From Lytechinus pictus (Eukaryota): a DNA stretch of 64,000 bases. The translations under genes and the position numbers were made by a program. The first letter of the stretch is position 1, and each line of letters begins with the position of its first letter. The notes under the pieces were generated by a model. That model was not told where the DNA came from. It saw nothing but the letters and a program-made list of their open reading frames with translations, and searched no databases. Positions 38,001 to 51,009 of the stretch are shown here, one piece after another. The stretch spans positions 5,704,001 through 5,768,000 of the forward strand of contig NC_087248.1 in assembly GCF_037042905.1 (NCBI RefSeq), written 5' to 3'.

Positions 38001-41000
38001 TGAATGTGTTATTATGTCCACTCGATTTGATTTACTATATTAAAAAAGAGTGAATTAGGCATTTTAGGTCTTTTCAATCTTATTGAAACCTCAATATTTG
38101 CAGACAAATGTTAATGTTCACTTAGTGTTTGACTCTTCTCAATGAATAGAATGGAAATGGTTATTAAACAAAAATCTATTGCCGCCAGAATACCAATTGC
38201 AGAATTCCATTCAATAAAATATGAGCATAGGCCTACATCTAAATTACATGAAAGCCCAACATGATAACATAATGCTTATTATGCAGTTTTCGTCATTACA
38301 AGAAGTGCTAAGGACGGTGAGAATAGTTCAGGGCTACAGTCTGAATCCTCTGGTACATTGTCTGATTATTGTGATGAAGATATTTTGCTAAGGAGATAAA
38401 ATTATATATATCTTGATAAAGTTTTGTTTAACACTTCGTAAAAGATTGCTCCCAGTAATCTTTTTTTAATGATTATCTTTTCTCTTTGTACTTGGAACAG
38501 CTTGCAGACTCTTTCAACTGTGGACCGCATAAGACAATGTTAGTAACGATGAGCTGTTCAGTTCTTTGGGTCAAAGACAGAACAACTGTTGAGAGCTCAC
38601 TGGCCATTGATCCTCCGTACCTTGATAATCATCTAGAAAAACCTCACGTGGATTACAGGGTAAGAGTGATATTGGTCGTAATGATGATGATGATGATGAT
38701 GGTGATGGTGATGGTGATGAAGGCGACAACGACGACTGTGACAATGACAAAGATGAGGGCGATATGAACGACAAAGACAACAATGGTGACCAAATGATTG
38801 ATGATGGTTGATGATACTGGTAATGACGCGAATGATGACGACGACGACGACGACGATGATGATATTGATGAAGGCTTCAACGAAAAAGACGACGCTGATG
38901 ACAAAACCACAAACATTGATGATGATGATGATTATTATTATGATTATGATGATGATAACTATGATGATGATGATGATGATGATGATGGTAATGATGAGTA
39001 AAATGATCTGGACAACGATGAATAGTAAAGAAATTATTTAAACAACGTTGATGAGGGAATTGAAATTTTCAAAACCTTGTAAATATAACAAATACCGTTT
39101 TTGACAATTGTCATACTAAACATAATTCATAATTTAAGTACTTCATTAATTCACAGACGACTATTTTTTCCCTATAGCACTGGAGTTTCAATCTAACTCG
39201 ACCGTTTCGCTCACTCAAACTTTGGTTTGTTATTCGACTGTTTGGCGTTCAAGGGCTACAAGATCACATCAGGAAGGTATTCAGAAATTAAAAAAAAAAC
39301 CCAATCCTTTATACAGAAAATAAATAGGCCTATTCTAAAAAGGTGGTTGAAAGTTTCTTATTCTTAGATGATTTATTAATGAAAAACAAAAAAGTTTCTA
39401 ATAACTCTCAATGACATCAATCCACCGAAAATTGTAGAAATTGGTGATTCAATCCCATTTCTCACAATATTGTATTCACACCCTCTACGGCAGCTCTGTG
39501 CTTAACGAAGTGTTCGCCAACTCTGATTCACGTCTGGGGTCGACTCCCAATCTCGACATGAAAATGTTATCACAATTTTCTTTTGCTGAATTAAGAGTAA
39601 GTTGGCACCTATCCGAGACTTGTAATTAATTTCAAAGTTTCAAAAAGCCATTGGTGCGATAGGTTACGAGAGTTCTGATTTTTCTAAACCAAGTTTTCAA
39701 CAAAATATTTTTCATTTTACATATATGAAGGCGGGGGGGGGGGGGGGGGGTTGCAACACCATGACTGATGCCACAGCAGGCACACTACATAATCTGTATC
39801 CAGGGCCCCGTCTTACAAAGAGTTATGATTGATTAGATCAACCTCAACTATGGAAATCCAGATCTGCAATGCATAATTGTTCAAAATATTTTCTAGATAT
39901 GATGTAAAGTCAAAGTACGTTTATCTTTTTTTTTAATTCAGGGTGCTTTTTTTTTGCTTACAAAGGACATTGACCACATTTTCTGGAGAAAAATAATGAC
40001 ATATATGGATTTCTATATAGTTGAAGTTGATCGGATCAATCGTAACTCTTTGTGAGAAGGGGCCCTGACTTCATACCATCGGTTTTATTGGTATGACTGT
40101 CACACTGATATGAATGTCGCTAATGAGGGCTCCTGATTTTTTGCATGCATAACAGAAAATAGTTTTCAAACGATCGAGGATTTTGGTTAGACCACGGATA
40201 GGGGGGGGGGGGCGATTTCATATGCTATTCGTGTCTAACGTTTGTTTCATTATTCAATTCTTGTTAATTGTACAATAATGTAGTAATAATGTGAGTCGGC
40301 TTTGACAGGTCAACGGCCTTTCCGACTCCCTACATCCGCTACATTTTTTTTACATTTCTACCTTTTTTTTCATATTGTTTATAGTATTTTGACATTTTTT
40401 TTTACATTTGTTTTACATTTCTACCTTTTTTTCTTATTGTTTATAGTATTTTGACATTTTTTAAATCCTTCTGTATATGTATTTTAAAAGGATGTTAGAA
40501 ATAAATTGAATTTAATTCTCTATGTTAAGTTGGCATTAATCTATCATGTCTATTGATCACTTAACCATTGTTTCTTCTCGTTTCGGATGTCAATATCATG
40601 TATCTCACTTCACTCCACAGCAATCTCGGCTCGTTAAAGAGTTTGCCCACCTGGTGAGCACCGATGCCCGATTTGAGCTGTGCGCAGAGGCGATATACAG
40701 CCATGCGTGCTTCAGATTAAAGGTTAGTAATTACATCTTATGAGAAGTTATTACAGGGAGTTTATGCCTCTGTTACACCGGTGTTACTGATTCCAGACCG
40801 ACCAAATCTATTACGTTATTTCCAATGACACAACTATCAGTCGGTTTGGTGCGGACTTGCTTGTTTGACTGCAGCTGACGGTATATATCAGTGACAATAG
40901 AAATATGAAGGAAAATCCAAGTATAGAGCATTATCATCACCAGCAAATTGTAATGATATGAAAACGAGAGGGGCTGAATGCGGTGAGGTTTCCGAATGCG

Positions 41001-42593
41001 CGAAATTAGTGTATGATTGGATTTAAAATGTTCATGTCAAAACACGATGGCACCACCCCTGGTAATGGTTGTGAGTTTCATGACATTCGCTCTGGGGAGC
41101 GTTTCATCAATATTTTCATCCGACAAGTTGTCAGATCTGACATCTTTCCATGATTTTGATTGGCTGAGAGGCACTGTTCCTATGGTAACTGTCGGATAAA
41201 ATGGGACTTGTAGGATAAAACGTCCGACAAGTCCTTTCATGAAACGCTCCCCTTTAAATTCCAATACTAATCGAATGGCCAACTTCACCCCTGGATTTAA
41301 AACTATACCCTACTCCAAACCCGCATACATTCGTAATTCCGAAGCTTCGTTATTCCGAAGGTTCGGATATTCCGAAGGTTCGTTATTCCGAAGGTTCGCA
41401 TTTCCGAAGGTTCGTAATTCCGAAGGTTCGTTAGTCCGAAAACGAAATGAGTTTCGTAATTCCGAAGGTTCGTTAGTCCGAAAACGAAGTGAGGTTCGTA
41501 ATTCCGAAGGTTCGTTAGTCCGAAAACAAAATGATAAACTAACCATATTTCGTTTTCGGACTAACGAACCTTCGGAACAACGAACCTTATTTCGTTTTCG
41601 GATTAACGAACCTTCGGAGCAACGAACCTTATTTCGTTTTCGGATTAACGAACCTTCGGAACATCGAACCTTATTTCGTTTTCGGATTATCGAACCTTCG
41701 GAATAACGAACCTTCGGAATAACGCCACAAATGTTCGGATTAACGAACCCTTTTACGTTTTCGGATTAACGAACAACGAGGTATAGGCAATTTGCGTGTT
41801 TCGGAATAAAGAACCTTCGGAATTACGAAGTGTAACCCTCTAAACCTACCCTAAACGTAACCTAAAACCCTATTGCAACCCAAACCCTAACCCTACCTCC
41901 AGTAGCGTACCGTGAACCGCAGGAGACAAAGCATTGGGGGGGGGGGCAGTGCATTGTCTGTGAACAATGCTTTGCCCCCCCAATGCTTTGTCTCCTCCGA
42001 GTCACGGTACGCTACTGCCTACCTCTTAGACGAAATTAAGCCCAGAACAATTGTCGCAGGAGCAAATGTCGTGGCACCGTTAAATGTTATGTTAAGCTTT
42101 ATATTCTGCTTACGTACTTATTGCAGAAATGTGGACGTAACATGAATGTCATCAATATTCATAATAACATACAAGAGGTATCAAAGAAATGTTTTAAGTA
42201 TTTGATCAACTGAATTTAGCAGTCGTTTTATTTTCCATGGATAATTGGAGTCGGATTAAATTAACAGTTATCAGCACTTTTGACATGTTAGAGGTAATAT
42301 TTTTCCTCATTGAAGTTTGGTCACTGTTATAAGATTTTATGACCGAGTAAAATAGCAATAAATATTTTCCCCGACAGAAATCTGACAATGAAACAAATCG
42401 AAATCTTCTGAACCAGATTAACATGACACGAAAAGTTGTCTTGACAGGATCTGTGTTCAAGGAAAAATATATTCTACGTTTCGCTGTATCCAGTCCGTTC
42501 ACTGAAAGCAAGCATGTAGAGTTTGCTTGGAAGATAATCACGGAAGCAGCGAATGAACTCAAAGGAGCAGATACTGATGTTCTAAAAGATTAA
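32049..42593 (+). CDS. Divergent aromatic-L-amino-acid/histidine decarboxylase-family enzyme (group II PLP decarboxylase, 488 aa). Exons 32049-32261, 33359-33472, 34609-34731, 35497-35631, 36359-36502, 37121-37187, 37509-37603, 38501-38659, 39178-39276, 40621-40722, 42378-42593
   Basis: All ten introns are GT-AG and in phase, at positions matching DDC exon borders as I recall them. Motifs [46 protein letters not shown] (PLP lysine), [29 protein letters not shown]. No stops or frameshifts. Confidence 0.93.
33770..34270 (-). mobile_element. Degraded 3' fragment of an L2/CR1-group LINE
   Basis: Minus strand encodes ...[18 protein letters not shown], a typical ORF2 end, followed by a 3' UTR and an A-rich tail. 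Confidence 0.5.
34762..34919. mobile_element. About 160-bp MITE; inverted copy at 41094-41252
   Basis: TIRs gaggagcgtttcat / atgaaacgctcctc; the interior is the reverse complement of 41094-41252. Confidence 0.8.
38680..39000. repeat. (GAT/GAC)n low-complexity tract in decarboxylase intron 8
   Basis: Directly visible trinucleotide repeats downstream of the donor at 38660. Confidence 0.9.
41322..41837. mobile_element. Foldback-like ttccgaaggttcg MITE, 9-bp TSD (copy 2)
   Basis: Same termini as 28192-28781; flanks ctccaaacc / ctctaaacc. Confidence 0.9.
41900..42017. mobile_element. 118-bp hAT-like MITE
   Basis: TIRs cagtagcgtaccgtga / tcacggtacgctactg; exact 8-bp TSD cctacctc. Confidence 0.85.
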
Positions 42594-43499
42594 GACATTC
42601 AAAACCAATTGGTGATATTAAGTGAAACCACTGTATATTTGTGTGATAAACGTGACCGAAAACACTTTACAAATTGTACTTTCCTGGACCAACGCAGAAT
42701 TTCTGATGTCATTTTACACATTTTTATCCTCGACAAAGTTCTATGTTATTAATATAAGAAGAGGACAAATGGAATCATATTAGACATGTTAGACTGACAT
42801 ATAAACTAAAATGAAGAGGCAAGAAAGTAAATCGTCGGAATTAAAAGTGTTATTTTCTGAGAAAGGGTATGGTCCTTAATACTTCTTGCATTTATTATTG
42901 GAATGAAATTGTAATGAAATATTGATGACACACATGTAAAAATTTAAACGTTTTTGGAGGCAGCAACTTTTATAGGAATTAATATATTAATATTGTCTTC
43001 ATGCATTTATTGTTGGAATGAAATTTTTGATTTTTTCGTACTGAAATATTGATTACTAGTCATTTCTGTAGAGTACCGAAGCGATGACGTCAGTTGAAAT
43101 GGCGTCCTGGTTCTAAACAAATGGACTCGGAGTGTGTTTTTCATAGGAGAAAATGGCCGCTAACGGAATTTTATCGCATGCAACCTCAGACTGTCAGAAT
43201 GATGGTAATTTTTGCAAATGCAAAATGTGCATAGACGATCGTCCACTGCGACTCTGTTTAGAACCAGCCGGTTCGTTGCCATGACAGTTAAGTCACACTT
43301 CGGTACTCTATACAGTAAATTTTTTGAATTATCCACACGCACTTATTATTGGAATGAAATGTAAAATTGTTTGTAATGAAATATTTGAATATTCACATGT
43401 ATTTTAAACCTCTTTGGAGCAAGTACAGTAACTTTTTTTGAATTAATATATTAATACTTCACACATTTATGATAAATGTAATAATCGAATAAAAGAATG

Positions 43500-44660
43500 C
43501 TTTTTGAAATGTTGAATAATGAATTGCCTAAAGTATCCACGTGGTTCCAAAGTAATAAATTGTCTTTAAACTTGCAAAAAAACATATTATGTTAACTTTA
43601 AGAACTCCAAAACAATAGCTGATCATTATACAGAAGAAATAAAGGTAAGTGGGATTTCTATTAGACAAAAAATAATGTGAGATTTTTAGGTGCCATTTTA
43701 GATCAGTTTTTAACATGGGATGACCATGTATCTAAAATATTGACGTCTGTATCAAGATGTATAGGTATAATGTTTAAAGTTAAATACTATTTACCTCCCC
43801 AAGCATTACTCTCAGTTTATAATTCTATTTTACTGCCACATGTAACTTATTGCAATATTGTATGGGGCTCATTCAAATAAAAAAATCACCGTATCCTTTT
43901 ACTTCAAAAGAAAGCTATTCGTTTGTGTGCCGACGCTGGTTATTATGAAAATACTGGTCCCCTCTTAAACCGTTTCAAGACTTTAAAAATTGATGACATA
44001 CATACATTTCAAATTGCTTTGTTTATGTTAAGGTTTCACTGTCGCCAATTACCAATAAAATTTGATCCTTATGTTCCTTTTTGAATTCATTTATTCATAA
44101 TTATCCTACGAGAACCTCAACAAATTTACATTTATCAAACCTGCTAACTGCCTTAGCCCATAGGTCAATAAGACATACTGGTCCAGATACCTGGAATGAT
44201 ATACCTTTAACAATACGTGGCGCTCCTACATTGAACAAATTTAAGTTTGAGTTTAAGCATTCCATTATTAGCACTTATTTGAGTTGAGATATTGTTCTAT
44301 CATTATTTCATCATACTGCTTACTGTATTTTTTTATTGTATTTATACGACTTATCTATGTTAAACATAGTAATATGAATCGATACGCGGCTGGTGTGTTA
44401 TTATCATTAGAGTATTCTTGACATGCTTGATGTGTTTTCCTTTTGGCCCTGCTGTTATTGTAATATTTGTAAATATGACTTATATTGATTTTATTCAGGG
44501 CCGTAGTCTTTCATGAGGGGCGTCCTTCTCAAGCCTTTGTGCTTATGACTGTCCCCTCCCATGCAATGATCGTTTATTGTTATTTACCGTGTAATATTGT
44601 CAATATATTTTATGTTGTATGATTAATTTTTTGCATGGAAATAAAGAATCAATCAATCAA
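43500..44660 (+). mobile_element. 5'-truncated, degraded L2/Crack/CR1-group LINE
   Basis: RFLGAILDQFLTWDDHV...YNSILLPHVTYCNIVWG, LLLQKKAIR, GPDTWNDIP...FKFEFK, with stops and frameshifts; tail aataaagaatcaatcaatcaat. Confidence 0.85.
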
Positions 44661-45168
44661 TTTATTATTGGACTGGAATTTTTAATTTTTGGTACTGAAA
44701 CATATTGATTACTAGCAGTAACTCTCTGAATTAAGGTGTCGGAGTAATATTACATGAATTTTTTTATCGGAATACAATTTCAGATTGTAATGAATAATTG
44801 ATTACTAGTCATTTCTAGACTAGTACTCGTTTTTTTCTAATGAATTTCAAGTATTTTTATCTTTTTTCGAATGGAGGCTTTCTAATGTATATTCTGTTTC
44901 CCTTAATGTAAACGGGTATTCACTTTTACTGTATATAATTCTCATTAATGTAATAATGGTTTTATATGTTTAATATGGTATTTTGATGTTTATTGACTTG
45001 AAAGTGTGAACAAAACAAATTTCCATTATGGATAAATAAAGACGAACTTGAACTTAAACCAGAAAAAGGTGAGAGACTTGAGTAGTTAAAAGAGATTGGA
45101 GTAGACTTGTATGAGTTGGCGCGTGAAGTTGTAGAGCAGGGGCGACTCGGATACGACGGTTCGGGCAA

Positions 45169-47676
45169 GTTAAAAGGAAGGTCAAGGCTGATTGTTTATA
45201 TCTCAATTAAAAGAGTAAAATTCACAGAGCAGAATGCTGAAAATTTGATCAAATCGGACAACAAATAAAAAAGTTATTGAATTTTAAAGATTTGCATTAT
45301 TCCGGTGAAACAGTTCTAGGCATGAATATTCATTAGGTGGGCTGATGATGTCATATCCCCACTTATTCTTTTGTATTTTAATATATGAAATGAGGTTTAT
45401 TAAAAAAAATTCTATCAAGAACTAAAACAATTGGATTGACAACTGATTAAATGCATTAGTTATTTATTGCCGCAACTTATTTCATAATAATGGAGACACA
45501 TCATTAACACATGCATGAAAAAGTTGAAACATTTATTATTTCATGTAATGACATAAGAAAAGGGAAGGTGGGGATGTGACATCACCAGCCCATCTAATGA
45601 ATATTCATTACGATGTGCATGTAACTGTTTTCAAAAAAAACTTTAAAATCCAATAATTTCGGTATTTGTTATCCAATTTTGATGATATTTTCAATATTTT
45701 GCTTTGTGAATATTACTCTATTTATTTCGATCTAAATATACACAACAAAAAAGTAAGTCCCCCTTAATCAAATTGCGGTAACTTTTGAATGGAATTATTT
45801 TGAGATAAGATATTTCGTAGATGGTTTTCTACACTCATTAAGCAACTCCTGAGGAAAAATGAAATTGATCGGTTGTGTCATGCATGAGTTATTAAAGATT
45901 GAATTAAAAATGACAATTTTTGAAAGTCACAAGAGTCGTTTTTCAGATTGTGTAAATACAAAGTTGGGCAAAAATTGTTTTTAGGTGAATTTTATGGTGT
46001 TAATACTGTTTTACTATCCATCATTTAGCCACTCCACACACAATTTTGATATCGTATGTTTATGGTTGAGTGAGCACAATGTATTGTGACGATAGGGGTT
46101 TATGGTAGTATCCTCTACAACTTGTAAGAACATGTTAAAATTTGAAAATGTTGGTGGCTCCCCCGATTATAGGCCCCTCCCCCATTCTAAAATTCTGGAT
46201 CCACCACCGATTTGTCCATAAATTCAACTGATCCTGTGAAATTGTTCGGAAAACATTGCATTTATGCAGTATAAAGAGTATTCATTCCCAAGTTTTCGAA
46301 TGTGCTCGCTCAACCATGAAAATGTCAAAAATTTCGAAAAGTGTGTGGTGATAGAAATGATGGATGATAAAAACAACAGCGATTAAGTCACATTTGAAAC
46401 CGAATTTGCCCCAAATATTTACTTTAGTACCCTTTAGAATGAGTCTGTGACATTGAAAATACCCCTTTTCCCACTTTGATGCGTGCTCACTGATCCATAA
46501 ATAAACAAATCGAATTCATATTTGCACATAATTCTGCCCACAGGTTGATAAACATTACTGCCAAATGACATTGCTAAAGACAGCCTTGAAAAAAAGTTCC
46601 ACCATATTGAATAAGGGGTCTCTTATTCTTAAACATATGCACCCATAATGTACACAATGTCTATGAGAGAGGAAGTTCAAATTTTAACAAATGTGAAATG
46701 AGGGTTTGTTTCATGGATGGTTTTTGTTACTTCTGCCAACAGTTATTTCATGAAACTTCGCACATGGCTTCAGAGTAACACTATCTAAAAGGCGCGCACA
46801 CCAAAATAACCATTTGATACGGCACAGAGTGGGGCCAAGGCTTTGAACTCTCTTCTCATTTGCATAATTTTCGAATATTGTGTGCTCACTGATGCATTAG
46901 ACATCGGGAATTTCTTAAAAATCAAATCAAATGAACTATGCATGGAGGTTTGTGACAGATATCCATAGTTAGCAATTGCATTTTTCCAATAACGTAAAAA
47001 AGAGCTAATCACATTCCACATGTTCATTCAAGCGTGAATATTTAATTAAACGCGTTTGAATCATTGAAGCATGTTAACTGGTCATGAACATCACGAAAAA
47101 GTTGAGAAAAGATCATTTTCAGTTACCAAAATTAATCAATACTTGCCTATGGTATTTGAAAATCGTATTTTTGTTTTCAATAAATGTTCATTGAACCGTG
47201 AAATGATGAATATTGTTGGAGATACTCTTCCCAAAAATAATTGTCATCATATTTTATCATTTTTATCGATAGAAATGTGTAAAAAAATCCTTCTATAGCA
47301 AATTTGGACTTGTTTTTATTCAACCGTGAAATTTAGCCAAATAAGTTGTATCGTCTTTTAGAAAGTACCTTCTACAAGTCTTCTGACTATTTTTCATGAT
47401 GAGAATGTGGAATTCGTTCCAATGAAGTGGAATCAAAGTCATAATATTTGGCTTGTGACTTTTGAAAAAAATGAAATTTTTGCCTTCTGGCGGTGATCAT
47501 TGAAGCATGACGTAAAATAGATCCATAACATTCACTCAGAGGGTAGCTTATAAAATTACCTACACGCTCATGTAAAAATATGTTAAAAACTTGCATTGGT
47601 TCGGAAATTATTGATGTTTGTTTAAGGGGGGACTTACTTTTTTGTTGTGTATATTTTCAGCCCGGACCATCCCTTC
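45169..47676. mobile_element. TTAA-type MITE (same family as 63070-63652) interrupted by a 1.9-kb element
   Basis: 45169-45740 aligns with the 63 kb copy; its terminus ttttcagcccggaccatccctt resumes at about 47654. Confidence 0.75.
45741..47649. mobile_element. 1.9-kb non-autonomous Tc1/mariner-like element
   Basis: TA|cacaacaaaaaagtaagtcccccttaa ... ttaagggggacttacttttttgttgtg|TA; no transposase ORF visible. Confidence 0.85.
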
Positions 47677-48282
47677 GAGTGTTTGTTCTCAGGAACACGG
47701 ACAATCAACTTGCCCGAACTGTCGAGTCTTCTCCTTTGCTCTCCACAGGATCCCAGAATCAATATGTCAGGATGACAGCATACAAAATAAATTAATTTGT
47801 ATATTTCAGTTTGTATAAGACACTCAACGTAAAATAAAATGCACAGGTCTGAAGTTGTAACATTTACAATGTAAATGTTACAATGTTCAGACCTGTGCAT
47901 TCTTGTTTAGACCCCTCCCCAACATGCCCCCCCCAAAAAAAAAGATGCAAAGCATTAAAACCTTGATTCAGAATAATTGTTTCACTGATATCCATTTAGA
48001 GCAATGTTTAGATTACAATTGCTCCACTCCCTGGTCCGTATTCTGAACTTGGGTTTTAATTAAACTCTGGTCTAAAATTGTGGTTTAACTGTGGATAGCC
48101 AATTGTGACAGGTTTCTCTCACGGTACAAGTTAATTTTGTCAATTCATTTGACACTAAAATTCATTCAAAACTGACTTGGAATAATTTCTTCAATAGTTC
48201 TATTCATCATTATATTAATATGAAGGAAAATCCGAGCAAAGATTGCAAACATATAACGAAAATTAAATTTTGAACATTTCAG

Positions 48283-48540
48283 GCTTTGAACCCACGAAAA
48301 CAGAGGGTCGTGGGTTCGAATCGTAGCCATGGCGTGTTTTCCTTCAGCAAGAAATTTATCCACACTGTGCTGCACTCAACCCAGGTGAGGTGAATGGGTA
48401 CCCGGCAGGAGTAATTCTTTGCATGCACTGAGCGCCGGTGATGGTAGCTCGAGCTAAAGCCGGGGTAATAATAGCAGCGCTTTGTATCCTCTGGCAAAAA
48501 GCGCTTTATAAATCCAGCTATCATTATTATCATTATTATT
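48283..48540 (+). mobile_element. tRNA-derived SINE (family 1), 5'-degenerate
   Basis: gtgggttcgaatc B-box, ccaggtgaggtgaatgggtacc core and (ATT)n tail. Confidence 0.75.
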
Positions 48541-51009
48541 AAAAAAAACCAGAACGACATTACTCAAACCGGACTTAAAAATAGGGGTCCCTAATATATG
48601 TTATACAAGTTTAATGTTGTTTATTCATGTTACCTTATATTTTAAGTGTTCATGTATGAGGCTCGTTTAGCTGTATAGGGCGCCTTTGTAAAGTACATTA
48701 TAAACTAAACAGGCCCACCCTACAGCATAAAATGAATAAAACGAAATAAATTATCTATCTGCCTTGATCTTTTGTCAGTTTCCTTTGCCTTATGTAATAT
48801 TCGACACAGCATGGTAAGTTTTATTACTGCAACTGCTGGCAAATCTTAATGTGAATGTCACGCAGCCATGCTCATCAATGGAGTAGAAACCGGCAGGCAT
48901 TCTCATGCAATTCTTTTCAGTATTCCTTGCTATTACGTACAAAAAAAGAAAACATAAGCCTAATTACTTCCCGAGAATTGTTGTCTCGATCGATGTCTTT
49001 TTGAAAACAGGGCCTACAACATTTGAGCTCTTTGCAGATTTCGATGGAATTCCTGTATTCCCAGCTTTTATCCCGATGGTTATGTCGCCAAACAACCAGT
49101 TTTATACATTCCTCTACCAGTCTACAATTTTCCCCTTACGAATCCTTCAAGCATGATATTCATTTCAACCCACAATAGTTAGCCTGTGTAAAAAATATTG
49201 TTCATTTTGACTGAGTGGAATTTTGCAGTGCCCTTGTAAAAGTTTGATGAGTTTCTTCTGGTGGAACTCAGTTTACATTTCTATGACTAGTTATTACAAA
49301 ACACATGCAATCAGATAGTGATCAGTTCATTCCCTTTTAAAAGTTCAGTCTTGAGGACTAAACTAAAAAAAAAAAAAAAAAAAACCAGCTCTTTAGATCT
49401 TACGAGCACCCTCTTATCTCTCTTACAAAGAATGATTTTGTGTCAGTCATCCCCATCATGAATACCGACCGACACATACTTATATCATGGATCCTATATG
49501 TATGGCGCAGAAACCATCCACGGCTATAATAGATGGTCGGTTGAAAATGCAAAGTTCCACGTATTATTTAGGTGGGAAAATTCTTGCTCGGTCGCTGTGA
49601 TAATATTGATGCCTGAAAACGGATTTTAGGTGCGCTTTAACTCGCATTTTTTCTTTTACAAAGACATGTTTCAGAAATGTTTCATATTCACAATTTCAGG
49701 CGCCGTAGCCGAGTGGTCTAGGGACCCGACTACGCCATGAAAGTCAGGGGTTCGATTCCTGGAACGGACCCTCGACCAATGCATGTTTATATACATTGCT
49801 TATTTGTCTTGCATCAAGTAAATAGAAATATGCACTATTGATACCCACGTGTGCATGTATTAAAAAATCCAACATTTTAGCTCGCATTTCGCGCCACATT
49901 AGTGAGGTACGCATCACGTTCATAGATTCCTACAAAATTGACCTTAAAAATCTTCTTTTTCAAATCAGTATACACATAAAGCAACGAAGAACCCCAAGTT
50001 AATTCATCCCTTGAACTACTTGAGTGCGTAACAGTAGCTCTGCTAAAGCCAGGGTAATTACGTTGCATTTATTGTAGAGCGCTAAAGACTTAGGATAAAG
50101 AGGCATTAGGCACTATGTAAGTCAGTAGAGGAGTTAGTATTTCGGGTTTGCTGCACTTCGCTTTTCTTCCCCTGGATTAAAAAAGGTCAACATCAATATA
50201 TTGAATCTCCTTTCTACAACTCATTGATAAGCCTCCGCTATGTTTATGGTCGGCTATTCTCTAAACTCGTTGGAAAGCGTTTCGATCGAAATGTCTGATT
50301 TTCACCGATCGGTCAGGCTTATCAAATACCCGGTATCAATGCTCATATAAAGGCTTATGGTCTGAATGAACCCCTTTTTGGAAGCACCCACGCCTAACAG
50401 ACAACAAACCCTTTCTCTTCGTTCCCCGCACATCGATTTTATTGACCCAAGTCATACTGGAATGAACCCATTGATTTCTAATCTAAAGCCTCTTTTATGA
50501 AACGGAACAAATAAATAGTAAATAAGATAAAGACCGTTAAAGAGACGAAGAAAGTAGTTTATGGGATGTATGAATAGGCGATACCGCTCAGATGCCTAAT
50601 CGTGATATGGTTCGGATATGGAGAGCGCCGTCTTTCGTGGCTTCACGTGGCCGTGGGTCTTGCATTTAGCAGACGATATTTTCCAATATTTCAGAAGCCC
50701 GGGACATAGTCGACAGGTATATAGTTTACCCATTTTGTTATCTTTTATATCCTGATATGGATTGTTGTCTTACTTGATCAAAGTCCGTGTGTTTCTACAT
50801 GTGATATAAGAACTGACGGACCTCTGAAGTAAATAAGTACTGCACTGTCATATTATGCTACTCATCAACAAGTCAATACTACACGAGGTGCATCGCATCT
50901 TATTAATCTGATCAAGCTTGCGATCGTATCTGTCTCAAATCGGCTACTGACTTCACGGGTAGATGTACTCACCAACTCCGCTTCCAGTCTCACTCTTGGA
51001 TTTATAAAC

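Larger units (their letters stand above)
41074..42079. mobile_element. Host MITE split by three nested insertions
   Basis: Left end gtttcatgacattcgctc and right end aattgtcgcaggagcaaatgtcgtggcaccg match the uninterrupted relative at 62059-62263. Confidence 0.65.

Noticed and set aside
38660-39041. Poly-Asp, poly-Met or poly-Ser ORFs
   Set aside because: Translations of an intronic (GAT)n microsatellite.
41838-41899. Interstitial telomere-like aaccct repeats
   Set aside because: Degenerate, and part of the MITE interior also seen at 62059-62263.
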